DNA of 64,000 nt from Mustelus asterias (Eukaryota), in the NCBI RefSeq assembly GCF_964213995.1, contig NC_135803.1, positions 126,728,001 to 126,792,000 on the forward strand. Direction: 5' to 3'. Below, piece by piece: positions 33,302 to 46,392 of the stretch (its first letter is position 1; each line of letters opens with the position of its first letter). A program made the translations under genes and the position numbers. The notes below the pieces were generated by a model. The model was given only the letters and a program-made list of their open reading frames with translations, was not told the DNA's origin and searched no databases.

Positions 33302-33796
33302 GTAAGCCTCTGAGATATCAATCTCACTAGACTTATAAGTTATTTATTTCTACCTATTTTTATACTTGACCATCGAATTACTTCGAGTAGAAACTTTAAG
33401 AAAATTAACATACATTGTACTCCAATAATTTTTTACATGAATGGGTTGTGAGATATTCCATGTTTTACAGCCTTACAGGTGCTACATAATTGCAAGATGT
33501 TGATATATGATAGGCTGGACCTTGTTGGAGCGGGGTGTCTCTCAATGCACGCTCTTAAATTAGATCTTTTTCTGCACACTTTATCATAATAGAATTTTAC
33601 ATCATTATTTGCTGAAAGTGCAAACTGATAATGGTGAGATGATGGAAAGAGGGTCTCTTGGAGCTTAGTGAATGACAGAATCAGTAGTGCATTTAACCAG
33701 TAAGATTTAAGTATTAAGAAAGGAATAATGAAGGAGAGTGAAATGGAATCAAATCTGGTACAGAAGAGAAAAAGGGTGGATTCAGAGAGAGAATAG

Positions 33797-34679
33797 AACC
33801 ATAGAAAATTACAGCTCAGAAACGGGCCTTTTGGCCCTTCTTGTCTGTGCCGAACCATTTTATGCCTAGTCCCACTGACCTGCACTTGGACCATATCCCT
33901 CCACACCCCTCTCATCCATGAACCCGTCCAAGTTTTTCTTAAATGTTAAAAGTGACCCCGCATTTACCACTTTATCCGGCAGCTCATTCCACACTCCCGC
34001 CACTCTCTGCATGAAGAAGCCCCCCCCTAATATTCCCTTTAAACTTTTCTCCTTTCACCCTTAACCCATGCCCTCTGGTTTTTTTCTCCCCTAGCCTCAG
34101 TGGAAAAAGCCTGCTTGCATTCACTCTATCTATACCCATCAAAATCTTATACACCTCTATCAAATCTCCCCTCAATCTTCTACGCTCCAGGGAATAAAGT
34201 CCCAACCTATTCAATCTCTCTCTGTAACTCAGCTTCTCAAGTCCCGGCAACATCCTTGTGAACCTTCTCTGCACTCTTTCAATCTTATTTACATCCTTCC
34301 TGTAACTAGGTGACCAAAACTGTACACAATACTCCAAACTCGGCCTCACCAATGCCTTATATAACCTTACCATAACACTCCAACTTTTATACTCGATACT
34401 CTGATTTATAAAGGCCAATGTACCAAAGGCACTCTTTACGACCCTATCCACCTGTGACGCCACTTTTAGGGAATTCTGTACCTGTATTTCCAGATCCCTC
34501 TGTTCAACTGCACTCTTCAAAGTCCTACCATTTACCCTGTACGTTCTTCTTTGGTTTGTCCTTCCAAAGTGCAATATCTCACACTTGTCTGCGTTAAATT
34601 CCATTTGCCATTTTTCAGCCCATTTTTCTAGTTGGTCCAAATCCCTCTGCAAGCTTTGAAAACCTTCCTCACTGTCCCT
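33797..34679 (-). mobile_element. Young CR1 LINE 3' fragment
   Basis: ORF 33984-34736 (WQMEFNADKC, LVRPSLEYCVQFWSP); TSD AGAATAG. Confidence 0.92.
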
Positions 34680-35013
34680 AGAATAGGTAGGAAAAATAAG
34701 AGAAAAAATGAATCTCTCAGCAACAATTTCAAACACAAGGACGCATTAAATTGTTCTCTTTCTGGGCCAGAGAAATTGGCATTATCTGTTATCAACCTTA
34801 GTTAAAAGAATATTTATGCTTTAACTAGTGGACACAACTTTCCATGGTGAGAGTAATGGTCAATTGATGGGTAAATACAGCAAGTTCTTAAAAGGAACAG
34901 GAAAGCTCAGGGTGAAGCAAACCATGTTGAGCAAATTGACCAGTTTGGAGGATAAATATCAATGATCTATTCATTTGAAAAGTCTTCATGCAGTCTGTGT
35001 TTTCTACTCTCAG

Positions 35014-35133
35014 TGGGTAGGTCAGCGAATCATGCTGTGGTCTTGGCTCAGCTATATATCCAAGGAATGTGCCATGGAATGCATGCATTTATCGTTCAGA
35101 TTCGCAGTCTGGTGGACCATTCTGCTTTGCCAG
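35014..35133 (+). CDS. ACOX2: ACOX2 coding exon 5
   Basis: ctctcag| ... CAG|gtaata; GRSANHAVVLAQLYIQGMCHGMHAFIVQIRSLVDHSALP. Confidence 0.93.
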
Positions 35134-36859
35134 GTAATATGCTGCAGGTTTTAATTTCCTTTTAAAAGGCTCTTCAGCAATAAAGCCTGTTGTTTTGTTC
35201 TGAGAAGGGTGGGTTATAATGAACACTATTGTGATTGTTATGCTGATATGTATGGAACCATATAACATGCATACCACTTAAAATTTGTATAAGTAGGGGA
35301 CACAGGCACAAAGTTGTGTACTCCTTGTTCCATGCCCAATACTGCGGTTGATATTTTGAATTAAACAAGAATATTGCTGCTCCTTGATTGTGATGTGGGA
35401 AATTCTTTTAGGTGGCCTGATTAATTTAAATTCTTTTCATTAAACATTTCATTTCACAAGGGCAAAAAAAAGTTTATTCAGTTCAATGAAATTCTTCAAT
35501 TAAACTAGTTTTTATTAAAACATTGAAATGTTAGAATCAAAAGCATTACAAATTAACAATATTCAAGCAAACATACAATTAGGACAAGGCAAATGGGAGA
35601 TCAGTGGTACTACCTACACAGTTAATGAGCTGGCAGGCTTTCACAAAAGATCTCAGATTTCATGCCAAAGAGCAGAATTGGTTATAGTTTTCGTTATCAG
35701 ATTATACAGCCCAGCACTTAATTAAGAGCAATTTCATTCATTCACTGTTCCGTCAATCTAACAATGGCATGTCCTTCAATTAATCATATTTTGACACCTT
35801 CAAATATTGATCTGTCATTCGTCTGCCCGTTTTATGGAAGTTCTCTCCCAAAAATGGCTTCTTAGATTCAGCATTTCTCTAACTAGTTTAAGCTCTAATA
35901 CCAAAAGACACCTTTATCTTTTGGTATTATCACCTGGCCTGGGTAATTTACTTTGTTGCATAATTTGTGCCTGACTTGTGCTGGTATCTTTCATGAATAC
36001 ATCTTTCATTTTACTGGCATGTTACAAATTCATTTCTTAGAGACATTATTAAGATGTTACTTAAATATTTTGTATTATTTTCAAACCATATATTAAAACA
36101 TTAGCTGCTAATTATCCTCATGTTGGGTATTTAGAATTAATCAGAATTCTCAACTACAATAGGAAGTGCTTGTTGGACCAAATGAGGCCATTTTCTCATC
36201 AGCACAGCTGCATATTTGAGTGTAAACAAAATAAATCTGAATACTTATTAAAATTTGGTTGGTGAGAACAAACATTGTTCTAAATCTATGACTAAAATAG
36301 CCCCTTAACGTGCACAGAATTTTAACTGCCAAGGAGATTTGAGTGCGAGTGGGGAAGAGGGGTTAAAACCCCAAAATAATGGCATCAGGTTGGGAACCCG
36401 ACTTATCCCACTCACTTCCGGGTTTAACCTGGTTGGTTTGCAAACGAGCAGGAAATCCCTGGTGATCTGTCAGGTAAATAATAAAAATATGTAAATTCCC
36501 AATTAACTCAGGATTTAACTCATAATTCTGGCTTTAACAGCCAGCATGTCGATTTCTGGAGTGGTGTGGAAATTTGCCAGGGTCAAGGCAAAGTGGAGTT
36601 GAGGGGTGGGGGGAGTCACGCTCTCTTTATATGCACCAGTTGCCAAAAGGTAAGTTTAAAATTCCAGTTTGTGTGTTAGGTACGTTGCTGAGGTCATGGG
36701 GAGAATTAGGTTCAGTGAACGTGTGAATACCCAACCTGATTCTCCCTATGACCTCAGCAACCACAACCACCTCTCCCCCAACCCCCCCCAACCGATATAC
36801 TATTTTACCCACCTACCCACTTTCCTACCTGAAATGGCCTAGCAATCTATTTGGCTGCA

Positions 36860-36970
36860 TTGTGTTCAAGAAGGTGGATGGACCACAACTTTCACAAGGA
36901 CAGTTAGGACTGAGCAATAAATGCTGGCCTTGCCAACAATGTCCATGCCCCACAAATGTTTAAAAATAAA
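36860..36970 (+). mobile_element. LINE/SINE-3 shared 3' tail fragment
   Basis: TTCAAGAAGG...GCAATAAATGCTGGCC...CCCAC..ATG, as at 55800-55900 and 63650-63735. Confidence 0.6.
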
Positions 36971-37014
36971 TAAACACATGCTATGGCTAATGTATTATTA
37001 AAATTTGGTTCCAG

Positions 37015-37130
37015 GTGTCAAAATTGGAGACATTGGTCCAAAGATGGCATTTGAACATGTTGACAATGGATATTTAATGTTGCAAAATGTTCACATTCCC
37101 AGGGAGAACATGCTAAGCAGATACAGTGAG
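37015..37130 (+). CDS. ACOX2: ACOX2 coding exon 6
   Basis: ttccag| ... GAG|gtaaac; GVKIGDIGPKMAFEHVDNGYLMLQNVHIPRENMLSRYSE (GDIGPK, DNG, IPRENML motifs). Confidence 0.93.
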
Positions 37131-37681
37131 GTAAACAATTAAAGTTCTTAGCATAATTCTTAATTGGAGTTCTCTGTTTTTTAAAAACATTTGTATGTGG
37201 GATGTGATTGTTATTGGCAAGACCAGCATTTATAACTCATCTCTAATTGCCCTTGGAAGGTGGTGGTAAGTCACTTTCTGGAATTGCTGCATTACATATG
37301 GTGTGGGCACACCCATGGTGCTATTGGGAAAAGGTTTCTTCATACTTAAAAGTCTACATTATTAATTATCTTTCTAAAAATAAAAATGTGTAATGTATTC
37401 CTGTAAGAGCAGATTATTCTGCAAATATATTTCTTAAAAACAAAGTAAAATGAACAATTTATATATTTACAAAATGAATTACAGGCTATCTAGGTAGAAG
37501 GAAAATCCATGAATGCAGAAAATCTCCAAATAAAAATGGAAAATACTTTAGAAGAAACCTTGGCAAGTGGGTGCAATGCATCTTGAATATAGGACACACT
37601 ACCACCATGGTGTGAAGGGTGTGCATGCTTAAGGTGGCTAATGGGCTGCTAATTAAGTTGACTGATTTGTTCTGGACCGGG

Positions 37682-37976
37682 TTAAGTTAAAGTTTATTTA
37701 TTAGTGTCACAAGTAGGCTTACATTAACATGGAAATGAAGTTACTATGAAAATCCCCTAGTCGCCACACTGGCACCTGTTCAGGTAAACCCAGGGAGAAT
37801 TTAGCATGACCAATGCACTTAACCACCTTATCTTTCGGACTGTGGGAGGAAACCAGAACACCCGGAGGAAACCCACGCAGACATGGGGAAAACTTGCAGA
37901 TTCCACACAGACAGTGACCCAAACTGGGGTCGAACCCGGGTCCCTGGCGCTGTGAGGCAGCAGTGCTAACCACTGA
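37682..37976 (-). mobile_element. V-SINE, tail type B
   Basis: Same structure as 10693-11001. Confidence 0.87.
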
Positions 37977-38390
37977 ATGTTGTAGCTGCGTCTCTTCAGG
38001 CAAGTCGAGGTTATGCCACCCCTACTCCTGACTTGTGCCTGGAGGTGAACCAATCTCCTCAATATCCAGCCTCTGACCTCCCCTACTAACCAAAGCACTG
38101 ATGTGGGTCGTCCATTTGAGTTTCAGGTCATTGTAGCAACCCAGCATATTGATGTAGGGAGATTTCACATTGCTATAGAATGCCATGGGAGAGTTGGTTA
38201 GACTGTTTTCTTGTGAGAAGTGAATGATAGAGTGCTATTCTTCTGAACCTGCAGAAATAGTAAGGTCATCAATTCATGCTCTGCACATGATAAAAACAGC
38301 TTTACCTTTCAGTTCCACATGAAATACCAGTCCTGTCTTGCAGAATGTAAATAACTCGTAGGTTTCATCTTGCAGTATAATGTTCTCTAT

Positions 38391-39256
38391 AGTTATAATT
38401 CAGGTCAGAAACTCAAGCGTTTTATGAAGCTCACCTGGATCATAAGTTTTGCAATTTGTTTTTGGCTAGGGTGAGCATGAGATGTTTCACTTCAGGTATG
38501 ATTCAACTGACCCACTAGGGAGCTTTTATCAAACAAAGTTTATTTAAGAGTATAGCTAACATGTATATAAAGAAAATTAGCAATAACTTTTACAAACAAG
38601 AAAAAAAGCATGATATTGTATAACCCTTGACAAATATATGAAATGTTCCAATCAAACAAACTTTCTGATTCAAAACCCTTGCCACAGGTTTAGCACAGAA
38701 AATACGAATGCTCACTTGATGCTGGAACTTAGTCCTTTGGTTGCATGCTGCAGTTCTCTTGAGACACAGGCACACAAGCTTGAAGTCACAACAACTTCCC
38801 AAAACACCAGGGAGAGAGAGAGAAGCTATAGGTACTACCTAGTAAACCACCAACAGCAGAATTTTCACTCCAGGAAGGCAAGAAGCCTTGCTTCCAGCTA
38901 ACAGCAGAATTTCCACTATCAGAGAGAGAGAGAAACACTGCTTTTCAGTGTGATGTCCACCCCCTTCTAAAGTAAAACTACAGCCAACAGCTAAACTGAA
39001 AATGAAACCTTGAATTCATGAGGAAAAAATACTGTCCAAAACACATGACCTGCCAACCAGTCTCCCTCCTAACAATGCAGGGTAATAAAAGAAATGCCAG
39101 AGTAAAAAGTAACAAAATCTCATTTAAACCATTGAAGTAGCAATAAAAAGGCTTCCAGCAGATAGCCTAGCAACAATGAAACCAAAAGGCCTACTTACAA
39201 CTGCAGAGAACATAATGATTTTTAAAAAAAATTCTTAAAGGTACACTAATGTCACA
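38391..39256 (-). mobile_element. Solo LTR (Gypsy-like), ~866 bp
   Basis: On the minus strand it starts TGTGACA and ends TTATAAC(T). 4-bp TSD CTAT (38387-38390, 39257-39260); minus-strand AATAAA at 38539-38544; internal short duplications. Confidence 0.6.
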
Positions 39257-39326
39257 CTATTGATTGTTCCTTGTGCTTACTGAATTAGAAATATCAGCTT
39301 TGCATTAATGCCTGTTGCCATTCTAG

Positions 39327-39499
39327 GTTACTTCAGACGGCAGCTATATTAAACAAGGATCTGACAGAATCAATTACATCTCTATGGTGCTTACTCGAGT
39401 GAGGATAATATCAAGAGCAATTGTGCCTAATCTTTCTAAAGCCTGTGTTATTGCTATCCGATACTCTGCGGTGAGACGTCAATCAAAATTAAAGGCTGG
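39327..39499 (+). CDS. ACOX2: ACOX2 coding exon 7
   Basis: ttctag| ... GG|gtacgt; VTSDGSYIKQGSDRINYISMVLTRVRIISRAIVPNLSKACVIAIRYSAVRRQSKLKA. Confidence 0.93.
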
Positions 39500-39629
39500 G
39501 TACGTCCAGAGACAGAATGTGGTGTGATTTAATAAATATTGTGATGTGGGTTTACTGATATGTTGATTGTTAAAATGTTTTTGCTGCTGCTGATTTTACT
39601 TCCAAACTAAAAGTAGCATTACTATAGCA

Positions 39630-41215
39630 ACATGGGCAAATTTTTGACCTGATAGTTATTTTGAATGAACATACAGGGTAAGTGATGGTGTGAGGGGGAG
39701 GGTTTCAGATTCATGGGACATTATGACCAGTTCTGGGGGAGGTGGGACCAGTACAGACTGGATGGGTTGCACCTGGGCAAGACCGGAACTGATGTTCTAG
39801 GAGGGAGTATTTGCTAGAGTGGTTGGGGAGGATTTAAACTAATATGGCAGGGGGGTGGGAACCATGCATGGAGTCGGAGAGGGAATCAAGGAACAGAACA
39901 AAAGACAGGGGAATAGGAAAAGTATGAGAGTAAACTTGCAGGAAACATCAAAACTTTTACAGTCGGTTTTTAGTTATGTGAAGAGAAAAAGATTGGTGAA
40001 GACAAATATAGGTCCCTTACAGTCAGAATTAGGGGAATTTATAATGGGGACCGAAGAAAGTGGCTGACCAACTAAATACATACTTTGGTTCTGTCTTCAC
40101 AAAGGAGGACACAAATAACATATCAGAAATGTTGGGGAACATGGTTTAGTGAGAGAGAGGAACTGAAGGAAATCAATATTAGTAGGGAAATGATATTGGG
40201 GAAATTGATGGGATTGAAGGCCAATAAATCCCCAGGGCCTGATAATCTAATCTAAGAGCACCTAAGGAAGTGGCCTCAGAAATAGTGGATGCATTGGTGG
40301 TCACCTGAGATTCTATAGACTCGGGAACAGTTCCGATAGATTGGAGAGTAGCTAATGCAATTCCACTATTTAAAAAAGGGAGGTGGAGAGAAAGCAGGGA
40401 ATTGTAGACCAGTAAGCCTGACATTGGTAGCGGGGAAAATTCTAGACTCCCTTATCAAAGATTTTATAGCACAGCACTTGGAAAATGGTAGAATTGGACA
40501 AAGTCAGCATGGACTTAAGAAAGGGAAATAATGCTTGACGAATCTACTGGAATTCTTTGAGGATGTAACTAGTAGAGTTGATGAGGGGAAGCCAGTGGAT
40601 GTGGGTTATTTGGACTTTCAAAAGGCTGTCAAAAGTTCCACATAAGAGATTAACATGTAAAATTAAAGCACATGGGATTGGGGTAATGTATTGAGATGGA
40701 TAGAAACTATTTGGCAGACAGGAAACAAAGAGTAGGAATAAATGAGTCTTTTTCTGAATGGCAAGCAATAACTTGTGGTGTACCATAGGGAATGGTGCTA
40801 GGACCCCAGCTATTCACTATCTATTAATCATTTAGATGATGGAAATAAATGTAATATCAAAGTTTTCAGATGACACAAAGCTGGGTGGGAGGATGAGCTG
40901 TGAGGAGGATGCAGTGATGTTTCATTGTGATTTGGACAAGCTGAATGGGCAAATACGTGGCAGATGCAGTGTAACATGGATAAAAGTGAGGTCATCCACT
41001 TTTGTAGCAAAAACAGAACAGCAGATTATTATATGAATAGCTATAACTTGAGGGGAATGTGCAATGAGACCTGGGTATCCTTGTACACCAGTTGTTGAAG
41101 GTAAGTATGAAGGCAGTAAGAAAGGCAAAAGGTATGTTGGTCTTCCTGCAGTTATACAGGGTCTTGGTGAGTCCACACCTGGAATATTGTGTGTAGTTTG
41201 AGTCTCCTTATTATC
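39630..41215 (+). mobile_element. Old CR1 LINE, resumes at 44432-44750
   Basis: Degenerate end of ORF1 plus ORF2 (KSPGPD, DW..ANA.PLFKKG, SKFSDDTKLGG, HLEYCV); its 3' end lies after the nested block. Confidence 0.85.
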
Positions 41216-41219
41216 TGAG

Positions 41220-42065
41220 GCAATATGACCTATGGAGATCCATCAAAGATGCCAAAAGACAGTACTGGACCAAGCTAGAGTCCCAGGCTAGCCACACAGA
41301 CTCCCACCAACTATGGCAAAGTCAGCAAGACCTAACAGGCTATAAGATGAAGGCATGTAGAATCGCCAGCAGCAATGCACCCCTCCTGATGAGCTCAACA
41401 CATTCTATGCCCGTTTGAGCAAGAGGTCAGCGAGAGCACGCCCTCCACCCAGGAAGCCTCAGCCGAACCCGTATTTGAGGTCACCTTCACAGATGTCAGA
41501 CCAGCCTTCTCAAAAGTCAACCCATGGAAAGCAACTGGCCCAATGGGGTACCTGGATGAGCGTGGACCAGCTGGCAGGGGTATTCTCCGACATCTTTAAC
41601 CCCTCTTTGCACCAATTTGAGGTCCCTTTCTGCTTCAAAAAGATGACCATCATCCCTGTACCAAAGAAAAGCCAGGTAGCGTGTCTTAATGACTATCCGG
41701 TGACTCTGATATACATCATTATGAAGTGCTTCGAAAGGTTAGTCATGCCACGAATCAATTCCGGCCTCCCAGATTACCTGGATCCACTACAGTTTGCCTA
41801 TTGCCGCAACAGGTCCGCAGCAGACACCATCTCCCTGGCCTTACACTCAACCCTGGAACACCTGGATAACAAAGCCACCTATGTCAGACTCCTATTTATA
41901 GACTACACTCAACCTTCAACAACATTATTGGGACAAAATTCCTCTCCAAACTCTGTGGCCTAGGGCTTGGCTCTCCCTCTGCGACTGGATCCTAACTAGA
42001 CTTCCTAACCCACAGACCGCAATCAGGAAGGATAGGCAGCAACACCACCTCCATGATCATCCTCA
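41220..42065 (+). mobile_element. Rex1/Babar LINE RT fragment
   Basis: ORF 41415-41963: [49 protein letters not shown]. Confidence 0.9.
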
Positions 42066-44050
42066 GATGCGTACAGAGTGGCCAAAAATAGTGGAGAATT
42101 AGTGGATTGGGAAAGCTTTAAAGAAAAACAAAGAACGACTAAGAAAGCGATTAAGAAAGGAAAGATAGATTATGAAACTAAACTAGCCCAAAATATAAAA
42201 AATGATAGTAAAAGTTTTTACAAGTATATAAAAAGGAATAGAGTGGCTAGAGTGAATGTTGAACCCTTGGAAGATGAGAGGGGGGATTTAATAGTGGAAA
42301 ACGAGGAAATGGCTGAGACTTTAAATAAGTTCTTTGTGTCGGTCTTCACGGTGGAAGACACAAATAGTTTGCCGAATATTAGAGATCGAGAGTTGGTGGG
42401 AGGGGAGGTCCTTAATACAATTACTGTTACTAAGGAGGTGGTGCTTGGTAGACTAATAGGACTGAAGGTAGACAAGTCCCCGGGCCCGGATGGAATGCAT
42501 CCCAGGGTGCTGAAAGAAATGGCTGAGGTAATAGCAGATGCGTTAGTAGTAATTTATCAAAATTCGCTGGACTCTGGGGTAGTGCCGGCTGACTGGAAAA
42601 CAGCTACTGTTACGCCGCTGTTTAAAAAAGGAAGTAGACAAAAGGCGGGTAACTACAGGCCGGTTAGCTTAACGTCCGTAGTTGGGAAGATGCTAGAGTC
42701 CATTATTAAAGAGGAAATAACAGAACACCTGAATAAGAATGGTTCGATCAAGCAGACGCAGCATGGATTCATGAAGGGAAAGTCGTGTTTGACGAATCTA
42801 CTGGACTTTTATGAAGATGTCACTAGTGCGGTTGACAGAGGGGAACCGGTGGATGTGGTGTTTTTAGATTTCCAGAAGGCGTTCGATAAGGTGCCTCACA
42901 AAAGGTTGCTGCAGAAGATTGGGGTACACGGAGTTAGGGGTAAGGTGTTGGCGTGGATTGGGGATTGGCTATCTAACAGGAAGCAGAGAGTTGGGATAAA
43001 TGGGTGCTTTTCTGGTTGGCAGTTGGTGACCAGTGGCGTGCCGCAGGGATCGGTGCTGGGGCCTCAATTGTTTACCATTTACATAGATGATCTGGAGGAG
43101 GGGACTGAATCTAGGGTATTCTAGTTTGCTGATGACACGAAGGTGAGTGGGAAAGCGAATTGCGTGGAGGACGTGGAAAGTCTGCAGAGAGATTTGGATA
43201 GGCTGAGCGAGTGGGCGAGGATCTGGCAGATGGAATATAACGTTAGCAAATGTGAGGTTATCCACTTTGGAAGAAATAATAGTAAATTGGAATATTATTT
43301 AAATGGAGAAAAATTACATCGTGCGACTGTGCAGAGGGACCCTGGGGGTCCTTGTGCACGAATCGCAAAAGCTCAGTCTGCAGGTGCAGCAGGTGATCAA
43401 GAAGGCGAATGGAATGTTGGCCTTTATCGCGAGGGGGATAGAATATAAAAGCAGGGAGGTCTTGCTGCAACTGTACAAGGCACTGGTGAGGCCGCAACTG
43501 GAGTACTGTGTGCAGTTTTGGTCCCCTTATTTGCGAAAGGATATATTGGCCTTGGAGGGAGTGCAGAGAAGGTTCACCAGGTTGATACCGGAGATGAGGG
43601 GTGTAGCTTATGAGGAGAGATTAAACAGATTGGGTCTGTACTCGTTGGAGTTTAGAAGGATGAGGGGTGATCTTATAGAGACATATAAGATAATGAAGGG
43701 GCTGGATAGGGTAGAGGTGGAGAGATTCTTTCCACTTAGAAGGGAAACCAGAACTAGAGGGCACAGCCTCAAAATAAGGGGGGGCCGGTTCAGAACAGAG
43801 TTGAGGGGGAACTTCTTCTCTCAGAGGGTAGTGAATCTCTGGAATTCTCTGCCCATTGAAGTGGTGGAGGCTTCCTCGTTGAATATGTTTAAATCACGGG
43901 TAGATAGTTTTCTGATCGATAAGGGAATTAGGGGTTATGGGGAGCAGGCGGGTAAGTGGAACTGATTCGCTTCAGATCAGCCATGATCTTGTTGAATGGC
44001 GGGGCAGGCTCGAAGGGCCAGATGGCCTACTCCTGCTCCTATTTCTTATG
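42066..44050 (+). mobile_element. Young CR1 LINE, 5'-truncated
   Basis: 348-aa ORF 42078-43124, one nonsense change, one frameshift, then ORF 43303-43965; CpG-rich; TTCTTATG tail. Confidence 0.95.
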
Positions 44051-44057
44051 TTATGTC

Positions 44058-44430
44058 CTGATTCCTCCAGGACAAGTTGGTGATCTGGACATCTAGAAAC
44101 TTGAAACTCTTGACCACTTCCACTTCATCCCCATTACTGTGGCCAGGGGCATGTCCTCCACTACGCTTCCTGAAGTCAATGACTATCTGTTTCATTTTGT
44201 TGACATTGAGGTAGAGATTATTGTCGTCCCACCATTTCACCAGATTCGCTATCTCCTTCCTGTACTCTCATCATTGTTTGAGATCCGACCTACTATGGTG
44301 GTGTCGTCAGCAAACTTGAAAATCGAATTGGAGGGGAATTTGACCAAACAATCATGGGTGTATAAGGGGTATAGTAAGGGGCTGAGGTCACAACTTTGTG
44401 GGACACCAATGTTGAGGATAATCGTGGAGG
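44058..44430 (-). mobile_element. Rex1/Babar RT fragment, inverted relative to 41220-42065
   Basis: KFADDTT.VG, LNVNK.KQIVIDFRK and VKSFKFL on the minus strand; continues where the + piece stops. Confidence 0.85.
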
Positions 44431-44431
44431 A

Positions 44432-44750
44432 CTAGACAGGGTAGATGCAGGAAGAATGTTCCCAATGGTGGGGGAGTCCAGAACCAAGGATCGTAGTCTA
44501 AGAATATGGGGTTAACCTTTTAGGACTGAGATGAGAAATTTATTCAACCTGAGAGTAGTAAGCCTGTGGAATTCACTAGCAAAGAAAGTAATTGAGGCCA
44601 AAACATTGTATGTTCTCAAGAAGAAGTTAGGTATGGCACTTGGTGTGAAGGAGATCAAAGGACATGGGGGAAAGGCAGGATCAGGTGATTAAGTTGGATG
44701 ATCATAATGAATGGCAGAGCTGTCTTGAATGGCCTACTCCCCTTATTTTC
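44432..44750 (+). mobile_element. 3' end of the old CR1 that starts at 39630
   Basis: LDRVDAGRMFP..GESRT.. remnant plus a CR1 3' UTR. Confidence 0.8.
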
Positions 44751-45559
44751 AATGTAAGTCTCTTTACAGAAGTGTTGATCACACCTGAAGAAAGTAAGAA
44801 TTTTTAAGACCAGAAAAAGTCATGACGTTCAACAAATTCATTATTTGGCTGATTGATCAACCCACTTACATGCTTTCTCAATATATCCCTTCATCGCTTC
44901 TTTCCTGAAATGCATGTAACTGTCTTGATGCCAGTTACTGTATGCTTTTTCCTTAAAAACTTTTTTCTGGTACCATGCTACCCACCAAGTGGAAAACAAT
45001 TCACCTGGCATTCTTTCTTGCTCCTAATTTCTTTATTTTGATCTAGGGTGCTCTTGCATTTGAAACATTATCGGAAATGAACACTATGGCTAAATCATTT
45101 TCACCTGTCATTTCTGTAATATAGAGAGCTTTAATTACAATTACACTCATTCTCTTTTTCCAAAAGGAAATAAATACAATTTTTGTAACCATTCCTAATA
45201 TCTCATATTCCTAATGCAGTTTTCTTGGTTAGCCCATCTTTATACCATTTCATAGGCTGTAAAACCCTCCAATTTCAAATGAAACCTGGATACTACACCA
45301 GATGTGGTGAGACCAATATCTTATAGTAGTCTGTCTACACTGCTCCATCTCTGCTAATACTTGTACTTTTTTTTTTCCTCGTTGCAGCCAAGTTAAATAA
45401 TGTTCACATTAGCAATACAACGACAAACTGAATTGTCACACTATTATGCTTAAAGGGAATTTGTTCAAGTGAGGGTAACATCTAACAAAAATCAAGCTAA
45501 GTCAAACATAAACCAGTTAAAATGGCAGATAATATCGGGACTGATTCTATTTTCTGTTT

Positions 45560-45700
45560 CTATAGCTCTTGGGGCTAAAGGGATATGGAGGAAATGTGGG
45601 ATCAGGGTATTGAATTTGATGATCAGCCATGATCAAAATGAATGGTGGAGCAGGCTCAAAGGGATGAATGGCCTACTCCTGCTTCTATTATCTATATTTC
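45560..45700 (+). mobile_element. CR1 3' tail fragment
   Basis: Reverse complement of the 1140-1290 type tail. Confidence 0.75.
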
Positions 45701-45754
45701 TAACTTGTGTATTAACATTTCAGCTTTGATTTTGAAGTTGTGATCTGTCCTTAG

Positions 45755-45920
45755 TGAAATGGAAGCAAAGATTTTAGACTACCTGACCCAGCAACAGAAA
45801 CTTCTACCTCAACTAGCAACAGCTTTTGCCTTTCATTTCATGTCCTCATCCTTGGAAACCTTTTGCAACCAAGTAAAAGTACAGATCAAAACCAAGGGAG
45901 ATGTCTCTTTGCTGCCTGAG
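45755..45920 (+). CDS. ACOX2: ACOX2 coding exon 8
   Basis: ccttag| ... GAG|gtaaga; EMEAKILDYLTQQQKLLPQLATAFAFHFMSSSLETFCNQVKVQIKTKGDVSLLPE. Confidence 0.92.
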
Positions 45921-46392
45921 GTAAGATAATTTGTCTTGTTGCTCTACAGGCCGAGCAGCGTTTTCTCTGAACAATAAAGTGAATTGAAACAATTGCATCT
46001 GTAATACTGCCATTTAAAATAATTGGTTAAAAAATTACAAGCTATGCCACAATTTATCTTCTGCTGTACATATTATCTGTGGTGATTTCCTAAGAAATTG
46101 CTCATGGTGTGTCTGCTGCAGATGTGCTGTTTTATGTCATGTAATACAAACATACAAGTTCTGAGCAGGGATAGGCCATTGCTGCGTGATTTGATCGTGA
46201 CTGAGATGATTGTCAGCCATGCCAAATGGCTGACATTTGTCATTCTATTTTTCTGTCTCACCCCTATAACCTTCGACCCCCCCCCTCCCCATTTTTAATA
46301 AAGAACCTATCAAATTCAACCTTTAAAATAATCAAGAACGCTACCTCCATTGCTTTCTGGGGAAAATGATTCTATACATAAATGATCCTGTG

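Noticed and set aside
36305-36830. Possible non-autonomous DNA transposon remnant
   Set aside because: GC-richer patch with a MITE-like start, but no matching terminus or TSD was identified.
42078-43965. Active autonomous CR1
   Set aside because: 5'-truncated (no ORF1 or endonuclease), with a nonsense codon at 43122-43124 and a frameshift near 43340.
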